A stretch of DNA of 32,000 nucleotides from an uncultured Muribaculaceae bacterium. GTDB lineage: Bacteria; Bacillota_I; Bacilli_A; RF39; UBA660. The first letter of the stretch is position 1. Every line of letters starts with the position of its first letter. The stretch is from positions 1 to 32,000 of the forward strand of contig CAZFXQ010000003.1 in the NCBI GenBank assembly GCA_964523265.1, in the 5' to 3' direction. Position numbers and translations under genes: made by a program. The notes below the pieces were generated by a model. It was not told the DNA's origin. It saw only the letters and a program-made list of their open reading frames with translations, and did no database searches. Positions 9,744 through 17,998 of the stretch are shown piece by piece.

Positions 9744-12700
9744 CTATCTATTAACGTTTCTTTTATTTATCATCAGTTTTTTAGAAAGCTCACCAGTACT
9801 ATTTAATATATTTGATGCAAATTTAGTTATCATATCTAATCCACTATTTAAATATTTTGTAATTATATTAGAATCAACTTTAAACATTTCTGATAATTCT
9901 TCAATCGTATACATCTTATCATCAACATATCCTAAAGCTAATAATAACAAAACTTGAGTTTTACTATCTGTCAAATTATTAATTAATAATCTAACACTAT
10001 CTTTATTTTGTTTAAAGACTTCATAATGAAAATCATTATAACTTTTATTTGCTTTAGTCTTTTTATCAAAATCATCTTTGTCTACATAATATAAATTATC
10101 TTTATTAATAATTTGTTCTTCACTTTCGTTTTCTTCTGTTATTGAATTATTTTGCTTTCTAATTTCATCAATACTCATTGGTTTACTGCATTTGTTTTTT
10201 AATTCAAAATCCGGATATGCCATCATTATTTTTTTAGTAAAAGGTAAAGTAAATATTGAAATATAATCTAAATCAATTTTTTCACCACTAGGATTCATAT
10301 ATCCTATGTTTGGCCATTTAATTTGATAAACATCATAAAGTATTCTTACATCAGTTTTTTCAATATTTGAAATTAATTTATCTAATTCTTCTATTGTAAT
10401 ATCTTCATTAAAAACTGAATGCATATCATCTAAATCTAGCTCTTGTTTATGTTTAATGAAATGATCATTAATTTCTTCGCGTGTTAATGACACCCATTTT
10501 TCAAATCTTGGTACCTGCAGATAATATTTATAAGCCAAATCTTTTTCACCTAATTCATGAAAAAATAAACCTATTCTTCGTATATTATAACTACTGTTAT
10601 GTTCAATATCTTGAGCTACCATAAAATCAAATTCTTTAATAGCTTCATCTTTTTTACCAAGTAAATAAAGAGCCTTCCCTTCCAATGACATTTTCCTTAA
10701 AATATTAGGTGTAATCTTATTCCCTTCAATATTTTTAAGTTCTTCTAAACATTCTAAATAATTACCACTGTCGAAAAAGATTAAGGCCTTAGTATAAAAA
10801 GCATCATAGTCTTTTTCATTTTTATCAATCGATTCATTTAAAAGACTAAATGCCATGTCATCCTTGCCAAGAAAGTGATAACACAAGGCTATTTTACTTT
10901 TATGATAATTTTTTTTATAATCAACTTTCCCACACTCAGAAAAAGTCTTAAGAGCTTCTTCATATCTTTCTTGAATAATGTAATTTTCACCTAATTCACA
11001 TAAAACATTATAATCTGAATTATATTTTAAAGTTTCTTTATAATACTTTTCAGCAAGCTGTAATTTACCACGCTTTTGATATATTGAAGCTATATTATAA
11101 TTAGCACAATATAATAAATAATTATCTTGCGTCATATTTAATAACTTTTTATATATTTCTAGTGATTCCTTAAGTTGAAATGGTGTTCCATTTTGTAATT
11201 CTGCTGCTTGTTTAAATAAATTATTAATGTATGAATTTAATGATTCATTTTTAATATCAGTTTTCTTTTCTTCAAAATTTTCTATTTCTTTTTCGTCCGT
11301 TATTTCATAACATACTATTTCATCATTTTCAATATTAGTAAAATCATATCTACCATTTTCATCTTTTTTAACGCAATTATAAAATTTCTTAATATTAGTA
11401 TCTCTTACTAATATTTTTTCATCAATAATATTATTATCTTTATCTATCTCAGTAATTCTATAAACATAACACTTTTTTGTAATTGAACCTTTTTCATATA
11501 TATTACCAAAGAAAACATCAGCATTTGATAACTTACATTTTGAAACAGTTTTTGATACAACTAAAAATCTACTATTATTTAAAATATATTTTGTATTTAA
11601 GATTTCTTTATTATTATCTTTTATTAAATCATAAATTTCACCTATATCATTAATACACTTTTCTTTTTTTATTTCTTTTTTAGTAATAGTTATTTTTTTA
11701 TTTTCTAATTGTTTATTAGCTTCTTCATTTTTCTCTTCACTAATTTGTTTTAAATATTTTTTTATTTCTGATTGGCACATTGATATATAATTTTTTGTTG
11801 TGTTTACTGTTATATTTAACTTTAATGCAATTTCTTCGATTGTTAATTTATTATAGTAGTAATCTTTAAATGCTATTATTTGTTTTTCTGATAAATTACT
11901 AATAATTAAATCTAAGGCACACTCATCTAAACTATCTAGCATTTCTTTAAAATTTATACTTTTCGTTTTTTTATTTACATATTTATTTTCTTTTTTTAAT
12001 TTTAATTTTTTTTCACCATTAAGTATACCTTTAATTTGCTTTTTTATATTATAATTAGTTGTATACATACTACTTGATTTTATACCTGTTGATGCTGCAA
12101 TTTCATCAATTGACTTTTTTTCTTTACCATTTAAACCATAATAACACTCTATAATTAATTTGTTTTTACAAGATAATTCATCAATAGCTTTTAAAACTTC
12201 TTCTTTAGTATAACCTTCAAATTCATTAAAAAAATTATCTTTCTTATCTTGGTTTATTTTTGTTCCCTTCTGTAATTTTAGTGTCTTCTTACCACTTAAA
12301 ATATCAATCACAAATTTTTTTGTATTAACTGCTGCCTGATAAACATTAGAATAATTTAAATTAAGTACTTCTGCTATTTCCTTTATAGAAATTTGACTTT
12401 TTCCATTTACACCATATAAGTATTCCATAATTTCTTTCTTTTTTTGGGGTAAAACATTAATAATACTTAACACACTTTCCTTACTATATCCTACAAAATC
12501 ATCTTCAATGTTGTAATTATTTTTTCTTTTTGTTTTATTTTCTCTTTCCATATTTTCACCATTTTCTATCACTTTTAATGCCATTTTCTCAACTAATTTT
12601 TCTATCAAAATATATGCTTTCCATTTTATATTTTCACTTTGTATAGTTTTTTTTAATTCTTTTATTGATTTTGGATAAAAACAGAATAATATTTCCTTTT

Positions 12701-13601
12701 CATCATCTGTAAATATTTCATCTATCGTTTCATCTATCATTTTTTTATCATAAAAACTTATTTTATCGTATATTGTTTGTTTAACTCTTTTTATTTTGCT
12801 ATTTTCTTCTACATACATTGGATTATATTCCAACTCTTTTAATAATTCTCGTTTAAACCCTCTTAATATTCTACTTACTTGTGCCTGGCTTAAAGATAAC
12901 TTTTCTGCTAATTCTGTTTGCGTTATAAAACCTGTGTAATACTGTATTATCGCTTCTTTTCGTTCGTTTGGATATTTATTTAATACCTTTTCAACAACTA
13001 ACTTTGTTTCTACTAGTGACATATCATCATAATCATAACTAATTAAATTTTCTAATCCACATTTATTATCAGCACTCAAACTAGATGAGTTCATATTAAC
13101 ATCAAAACTTAAAATATCATTACTAGAAATTGCTTGCGCAATTTCACTTTCTGATGTATTAAGTAGCGTTGATAACATTTTTGTGCTAATTTGTTTCCCA
13201 TACTTTTTTTCATATGCATCAATTAATAATGCAACTCTATATTTTAAATATGTTGCTTTTCTTGATGGTTTTATTAAATAAGATTTATCTCTTAAATATC
13301 TTTGTATTTCACCTTTAATCATTGGAACAGCATAAGTTGAAAATTCCACATTATAATCTAAATTAAACTCTTTTATTGCCTTTAGAAGACCAACTAATGC
13401 TTCTTGAAACATATCTTCATAATTTTGATTAGTAATTTTTTGTGAAAATTCTCCTAATACATACTTAACAAGTGGAATATTACTTTTAAATATTTTTTCT
13501 TTTGCCTCTTTTGTTCCCTCTAAAAACAATTTTTTTATTTCTTCGCTTGAAATTGTTTGAAATTCTTCTGATTTAATATTTTGTAAGCTAAATGTCTTCA
13601 T
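9744..13601 (-). CDS. 1285-aa sigma-70-family fusion protein: sigma core, shared extension, 3 sigma-4-like HTH repeats, unknown domain, TPR array, terminal HTH
   Basis: Uninterrupted 3858-nt ORF in a very AT-rich genome. aa 1-255 form a complete sigma core (EALVGLLKAIKEFNLDYNVEFSTYAVPMIKGEIQRYLRD; HTH TQTELAEKLSLSQAQVSRILRGFKREL). An AGGTGA RBS precedes the ATG. Domain coordinates are given in the findings. Confidence 0.9.
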   Translation of the reverse strand: MKTFSLQNIKSEEFQTISSEEIKKLFLEGTKEAKEKIFKSNIPLVKYVLGEFSQKITNQNYEDMFQEALVGLLKAIKEFNLDYNVEFSTYAVPMIKGEIQRYLRDKSYLIKPSRKATYLKYRVALLIDAYEKKYGKQISTKMLSTLLNTSESEIAQAISSNDILSFDVNMNSSSLSADNKCGLENLISYDYDDMSLVETKLVVEKVLNKYPNERKEAIIQYYTGFITQTELAEKLSLSQAQVSRILRGFKRELLKELEYNPMYVEENSKIKRVKQTIYDKISFYDKKMIDETIDEIFTDDEKEILFCFYPKSIKELKKTIQSENIKWKAYILIEKLVEKMALKVIENGENMERENKTKRKNNYNIEDDFVGYSKESVLSIINVLPQKKKEIMEYLYGVNGKSQISIKEIAEVLNLNYSNVYQAAVNTKKFVIDILSGKKTLKLQKGTKINQDKKDNFFNEFEGYTKEEVLKAIDELSCKNKLIIECYYGLNGKEKKSIDEIAASTGIKSSSMYTTNYNIKKQIKGILNGEKKLKLKKENKYVNKKTKSINFKEMLDSLDECALDLIISNLSEKQIIAFKDYYYNKLTIEEIALKLNITVNTTKNYISMCQSEIKKYLKQISEEKNEEANKQLENKKITITKKEIKKEKCINDIGEIYDLIKDNNKEILNTKYILNNSRFLVVSKTVSKCKLSNADVFFGNIYEKGSITKKCYVYRITEIDKDNNIIDEKILVRDTNIKKFYNCVKKDENGRYDFTNIENDEIVCYEITDEKEIENFEEKKTDIKNESLNSYINNLFKQAAELQNGTPFQLKESLEIYKKLLNMTQDNYLLYCANYNIASIYQKRGKLQLAEKYYKETLKYNSDYNVLCELGENYIIQERYEEALKTFSECGKVDYKKNYHKSKIALCYHFLGKDDMAFSLLNESIDKNEKDYDAFYTKALIFFDSGNYLECLEELKNIEGNKITPNILRKMSLEGKALYLLGKKDEAIKEFDFMVAQDIEHNSSYNIRRIGLFFHELGEKDLAYKYYLQVPRFEKWVSLTREEINDHFIKHKQELDLDDMHSVFNEDITIEELDKLISNIEKTDVRILYDVYQIKWPNIGYMNPSGEKIDLDYISIFTLPFTKKIMMAYPDFELKNKCSKPMSIDEIRKQNNSITEENESEEQIINKDNLYYVDKDDFDKKTKANKSYNDFHYEVFKQNKDSVRLLINNLTDSKTQVLLLLALGYVDDKMYTIEELSEMFKVDSNIITKYLNSGLDMITKFASNILNSTGELSKKLMINKRNVNR

Positions 13602-13637
13602 GGTATCACCTATTTACTTATTTATATAAGCAAAGAT

Positions 13638-13665
13638 ATTATACTTATAATTATTCATATGTCAA
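13638..13665 (-). promoter_or_regulatory. Near-consensus housekeeping-type promoter for the sigma cluster
   Basis: The minus strand reads TTGACA (13665..13660), a 16-nt spacer, then TATAAT (13643..13638). This is about 35 nt upstream of the giant sigma ATG and immediately downstream of a terminator. Confidence 0.55.
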
Positions 13666-13681
13666 AAATATTTAATTAATT

Positions 13682-13709
13682 AAAAAACCTTTTCTATACT
13701 TAGAAAAGG
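13682..13709 (-). terminator. Rho-independent terminator after the FAD-dependent oxidoreductase gene
   Basis: CCTTTTCT (13688..13695) pairs with AGAAAAGG (13702..13709). On the minus strand it is followed by T6 (13682..13687). Confidence 0.7.
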
Positions 13710-13720
13710 GCTTTTTAATA

Positions 13721-15109
13721 CTATTTTTTTGATATATCATCTGCTGCTATAATACCTGTTGCTGCTGCTGTTACAATATTTCCTGCCTTACCACTACCAT
13801 CACCAATAAAATAAATATCATAATCTTCTAACTTAAATTTGTTATTCGTTGTTATTTCATTTGAAAAGAATTTTATTTCAGGTCCATAAAGAAGTGTTTC
13901 ATCATTATTTACTCCTGGTATTATTTTATCTAATTTTTCTAAACCTTCTAATATATTTGTAATTATTCTATGTGGTAATACTAATGCTAAATCACCTGCT
14001 ACACAATCCTTTAATGTCGGTGATATGAATCCTTTATTTATTCTATGCATCTTACTTCTTCTTCCACTTCTTAGATCTTTAAGTGTTTGAATAATTGGTT
14101 TTGAATCACCCAAAACATTTGCTATTCTTGCTATTGACTCACCATACAACCTAGTGTTCGTAACTGGTTCTGTTAAGTTTACTTTGCTTATAAAAGCAAA
14201 ATTGGAGTTAGCTGACTTCTTTTCTTTTAAAGCATGTCCATTTACACATATATATCCATAATAATTTTCTTTTGTTACATACCCTCCTGGATTTGTACAA
14301 AAGGTTCTTATCTCATCTTGATAAGTATCAGTTTTAATAAATATTGTTGGATCATAAATTACGTTTGTTAAATCCTCAAGAATTTCTTTTCTTACTTCTA
14401 CTCTTACACCGATTTCAATGCTTTGTGATGTATATTTAATATTATACTTATCTGCTAATTCCTGGACCCATTTAGCGCCTGTTCTACCAGGTGCAATAAT
14501 AACATTTTTAGCATTTACATTATATTCTTTATTTCCTTTTTTATAAATTACTTGATGATTAATTTTTGATTTTGAACAAATATCTATAACATTTGTTTTT
14601 TCTTTTAATTCACAACCTGCTTCTTTTAAATATTCCGTGAAATTTTTAATATAAATTGGTAATTTATCACTACCTAAGTGTTTTTGTTTAATAAGCATTA
14701 ATCTTGCTCCAGTTAAAGCTACCTGTTTTGATATTTCCTGCGCTTTTTTATTATCACTAGGATATATTTTACTATCCATACCAAACTTATTAAATATTTT
14801 TTCTGTTTCATCTATTACTTCGTATGCTTCTTCCTCGCTCATATACTTAAACAAATCACTTTTTCCTAATTTTGGAATAAAATTAAGTTTCCCATCAGAA
14901 AAAGTACCTGCCCCTCCATAACCTGATAATATATTACAAGGATTACAATTAGCACAAGCTGTTTTTTTAACATTCATTGGACAAATCCTTTTTTCAGCAA
15001 AATTACCTTGATCCAATAATAATATTTTTAATTTTTTATTATTTTCTAATAATCTATATGCACTAAATAATCCGGCAGGCCCTGCACCTATTATAACTAC
15101 ATCATACAT
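13721..15109 (-). CDS. FAD-dependent oxidoreductase (uncharacterised COG2509-like family)
   Basis: N-terminal Rossmann dinucleotide motif YDVVIIGAGPAGLFSAY, a second GD motif near the C-terminus (YFIGDGSGKAGNIVTAAATG), 462 aa. Confidence 0.75.
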   Translation of the reverse strand: MYDVVIIGAGPAGLFSAYRLLENNKKLKILLLDQGNFAEKRICPMNVKKTACANCNPCNILSGYGGAGTFSDGKLNFIPKLGKSDLFKYMSEEEAYEVIDETEKIFNKFGMDSKIYPSDNKKAQEISKQVALTGARLMLIKQKHLGSDKLPIYIKNFTEYLKEAGCELKEKTNVIDICSKSKINHQVIYKKGNKEYNVNAKNVIIAPGRTGAKWVQELADKYNIKYTSQSIEIGVRVEVRKEILEDLTNVIYDPTIFIKTDTYQDEIRTFCTNPGGYVTKENYYGYICVNGHALKEKKSANSNFAFISKVNLTEPVTNTRLYGESIARIANVLGDSKPIIQTLKDLRSGRRSKMHRINKGFISPTLKDCVAGDLALVLPHRIITNILEGLEKLDKIIPGVNNDETLLYGPEIKFFSNEITTNNKFKLEDYDIYFIGDGSGKAGNIVTAAATGIIAADDISKK

Positions 15110-15163
15110 AATTATCCTCCTACATTAATTTTAACACCTTATAGAAAAAATAACAACAAAGTG

Positions 15164-15190
15164 AAAACAAAGGTATAATACCTTTGTTTT
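15164..15190. terminator. Hairpin terminator after the M23 peptidase gene
   Basis: ACAAAGGTAT/ATACCTTTGT inverted repeat flanked by an A-run and a T-run. Confidence 0.6.
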
Positions 15191-15193
15191 TTT

Positions 15194-16402
15194 CTATCTA
15201 TTATAGAAGCTTGAACCAAGTGGTGGAAATACAATTACTTCTCTTGGGTCAAACACGTGTCCCATAAAACCATCGCTTCCATAATAACTATAATAGTCTG
15301 TATACCACCTACCAGTTGCTAAACTAAGATGTAAGTGTGGCCCAGTTGAATTTCCTGTATTTCCAGATTTTGCTATTACTGTATCTTTTGTTACAATTTG
15401 CCCTACTGAAACAAGAATTTGATCCAAATGACAATAATGTGATGTATAATATCTTCCATTTATTTCATGATGCAATATTATTTGATTTCCACAACTTGAA
15501 TATGGTTGTGGTACTGTTTTTGCAACACGACCGGTTGCAACAGCATATACATTAGAACCTGTCGGTGTTGCTATATCAATTGCTGGGTGATTATCTGCAC
15601 TTCCATATAAAGTGCGCCATCCATAATTGCTTGATATTCTTCCGCTTACTAAAGGCCTATAAAATGTTGTTCCACTTGGCAAATAACCTCCAGATGATGA
15701 ACTAGATGCATAAATTCTATTTAAACAAGTTGTCTGTGTCTCATTGTTTTTACATCCTAATTTCTTTAAATATGAAATTGTGTTTTGCATTTCTTTTATT
15801 GATTCAGAAAGAGATATACCCTCATTATTTAAATAGTTTTTAGTTTTGTTAAGTTCTGCTATTTGGTTATTTAAATCCTTTTCAAGTGCCGCTAATTCAT
15901 CCTTTCTTTTTGATAATTCTTTCTTTATTTCTTCATTTTGTCTTATCATTTCATTCATTTCTTCAATGGTTTTTTTATTATATTTACTTATTTGCTCTGT
16001 AACTGATAATCTATATATTAAATCAGTAATATCCTCTGCACCCATTATGTATTCAAGTATTGCTATACCACTTGAAGATACTTCATAATATCTCATTAAC
16101 TCTTTTATTTGTTCGTTTTTTTTCTTTATTTCCTCTTCTAACATTTCACTTTCTTTTGTTTTGGCATCTATTTCTTCATTTATTTTTGCTACTTGTGAAT
16201 ATATATCATTGATTTTTGATTTTATATTATTAATTTCCGCTTCAGTTTTTTGTTTTTGAGCATTATTACTTTCTAATTCAGTTTGTGTTCTACTAAGTTC
16301 TGCTTCCCATTCTGATATTGTTTTTTCTTTTGCTATTACAGTTGTTACTGGTATTATTAAAATTAGTAATAGTGTTATTAATACTATTTTCTTATTTATC
16401 AT
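15194..16402 (-). CDS. Secreted coiled-coil M23 (LytM-type) metallopeptidase, probable FtsEX partner
   Basis: Signal/anchor segment (KKIVLITLLLILIIPVTTVIA), about 200 aa of heptad-rich coiled coil, then an M23 domain with intact HxxxD (HPAIDIA) and HxH (GPHLHLS) motifs. Its start overlaps the ftsX stop (ATGA). Confidence 0.85.
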   Translation of the reverse strand: MINKKIVLITLLLILIIPVTTVIAKEKTISEWEAELSRTQTELESNNAQKQKTEAEINNIKSKINDIYSQVAKINEEIDAKTKESEMLEEEIKKKNEQIKELMRYYEVSSSGIAILEYIMGAEDITDLIYRLSVTEQISKYNKKTIEEMNEMIRQNEEIKKELSKRKDELAALEKDLNNQIAELNKTKNYLNNEGISLSESIKEMQNTISYLKKLGCKNNETQTTCLNRIYASSSSSGGYLPSGTTFYRPLVSGRISSNYGWRTLYGSADNHPAIDIATPTGSNVYAVATGRVAKTVPQPYSSCGNQIILHHEINGRYYTSHYCHLDQILVSVGQIVTKDTVIAKSGNTGNSTGPHLHLSLATGRWYTDYYSYYGSDGFMGHVFDPREVIVFPPLGSSFYNR

Positions 16403-17298
16403 ATTTTTAAATACTTCCTAACAGCTCTATAACTACCAAACATACCAACAACAATTCCAAGGCCTAACAAAATAAGTGAAATAATATAAATAAAAGGTTC
16501 TACTTTTACTAGTTTGAATAATTCTGAAAAAATTTGACCATTAAAATGCTTATAAATTGCTGTATAACCATATAATGTTGCAACAATGGGTATTATCGAT
16601 CCTATAAAACCAAGTATTAAACCTTCTATTACAAATGGTTGTTTAATTGAAAAATTAGAAGCCCCTACTAATCGCATTATTTCTATTTCTCTTTTTCTTG
16701 AAAATATTGTTATTTTAATTGTGTTAGTTATCAAAAATAATGAAACCAACACAAGCGCAATCATTGCTACAATCATTCCTTTTTCAACAACTTTAAATGC
16801 CGAAAGAAGAGAATCAACTATACCTTGCCCATAATTTGTCTTTTCAATTAGTTTTAATTGTTGAATTTTTTTTGCAGAACTAGAAATTTTTTCGGCATCT
16901 TTTACTTTAATTAAAAATGTGTCATATAAAGGATTTGTATCATCTGACCACGTATCTATTATCGCTGCAAGATCATCTGATGAACTTTTCATTTCCTGTG
17001 CTATTTCTTTTCTTGTTTGATAAGTAACAGATTCAACATTCGAAATCTTTTTAATTTTATTTTCCAATTCATTTTTTTCTTCTTCTGTTGCTTCTAAATT
17101 AATAAATGCTACAATTGTAAAATCATCTCTTACTACTTTAGTAATATTTTCAATATTACTTGATGCTATTAATGCAATTGCTACAATAAGAAGAGTTATT
17201 GTTATACATGATATTGATGCAATTGATAAACTAAGATTTCTACCTACGCTTTTGAAACCATCTCTTATATTTCTTTTAAATATTCTTATCGCTCTCAT
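16399..17298 (-). CDS. ftsX: Cell-division ABC transporter permease-like protein FtsX
   Basis: Four-TM FtsX topology with a large first extracellular loop. It lies directly downstream of ftsE. The preferred start is ATG 17298 (MRAIRIFKRNIRDGFKS, AGAAAGGAAG RBS). The track ORF starts at 17322. Confidence 0.85.
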   Translation of the reverse strand: MRAIRIFKRNIRDGFKSVGRNLSLSIASISCITITLLIVAIALIASSNIENITKVVRDDFTIVAFINLEATEEEKNELENKIKKISNVESVTYQTRKEIAQEMKSSSDDLAAIIDTWSDDTNPLYDTFLIKVKDAEKISSSAKKIQQLKLIEKTNYGQGIVDSLLSAFKVVEKGMIVAMIALVLVSLFLITNTIKITIFSRKREIEIMRLVGASNFSIKQPFVIEGLILGFIGSIIPIVATLYGYTAIYKHFNGQIFSELFKLVKVEPFIYIISLILLGLGIVVGMFGSYRAVRKYLKI

Positions 17299-17983
17299 AA
17301 TTAATATAACTTCCTTTCTCATAGTCCTTGATTAGTTTACCTTTATCAAGTAGAATAACTCTTTTTTTCATCTTATCAACTATAACTCTATCATGAGTAG
17401 CCATAACAACTGTTGTTCCTAAGTCATTTATTTTTTCAATTAATTTCATTATTTCTAAACTTGTATCCGGATCCAAATTACCTGTTGGTTCATCACATAT
17501 CAATAACTTTGGCGAATTTACTATAGCACGAGCTATTGCAACCCTTTGTTGCTCACCACCAGACATTTGATCAGGATAACTTTTTGCTTTTGATTTTAAT
17601 CCAACAAGTTCTAAAGCTTTTAATACTTTTTTTCTTACCTCTGTATTAGGAAGACCATACATCTCAAGTGCAAACGCCACATTTTCATATGCTGTTAATT
17701 TAGTTAATAATTTATAGTCTTGGAACACTATTCCTATTTTTCTTCTTAATTTATATACTTTACTATTTTTTACCTTAGCAACATTTATACCACCAACATA
17801 TATTTCTCCTGCTGTTGGTTTTTCCTGTCTATAAAGCATTTTAATTAATGTTGATTTCCCAGATGCTGTTGCACCTATTACAAATACAAATTCTCCTTTT
17901 TTAATCTCCAAATTAAGATCATACAGAGCATTTACACCATTTTTGTATGTTTTTTCAATATCTTTAAATTTTATAAACTCCAT
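17276..17983 (-). CDS. ftsE: Cell-division ATP-binding protein FtsE
   Basis: Walker A GATASGKST, ABC signature MSGGEQQR, Walker B LLICDEPTGNLD. Confidence 0.9.
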   Translation of the reverse strand: MEFIKFKDIEKTYKNGVNALYDLNLEIKKGEFVFVIGATASGKSTLIKMLYRQEKPTAGEIYVGGINVAKVKNSKVYKLRRKIGIVFQDYKLLTKLTAYENVAFALEMYGLPNTEVRKKVLKALELVGLKSKAKSYPDQMSGGEQQRVAIARAIVNSPKLLICDEPTGNLDPDTSLEIMKLIEKINDLGTTVVMATHDRVIVDKMKKRVILLDKGKLIKDYEKGSYINYESDKNI

Positions 17984-17998
17984 TTATTTCACTTCCTT

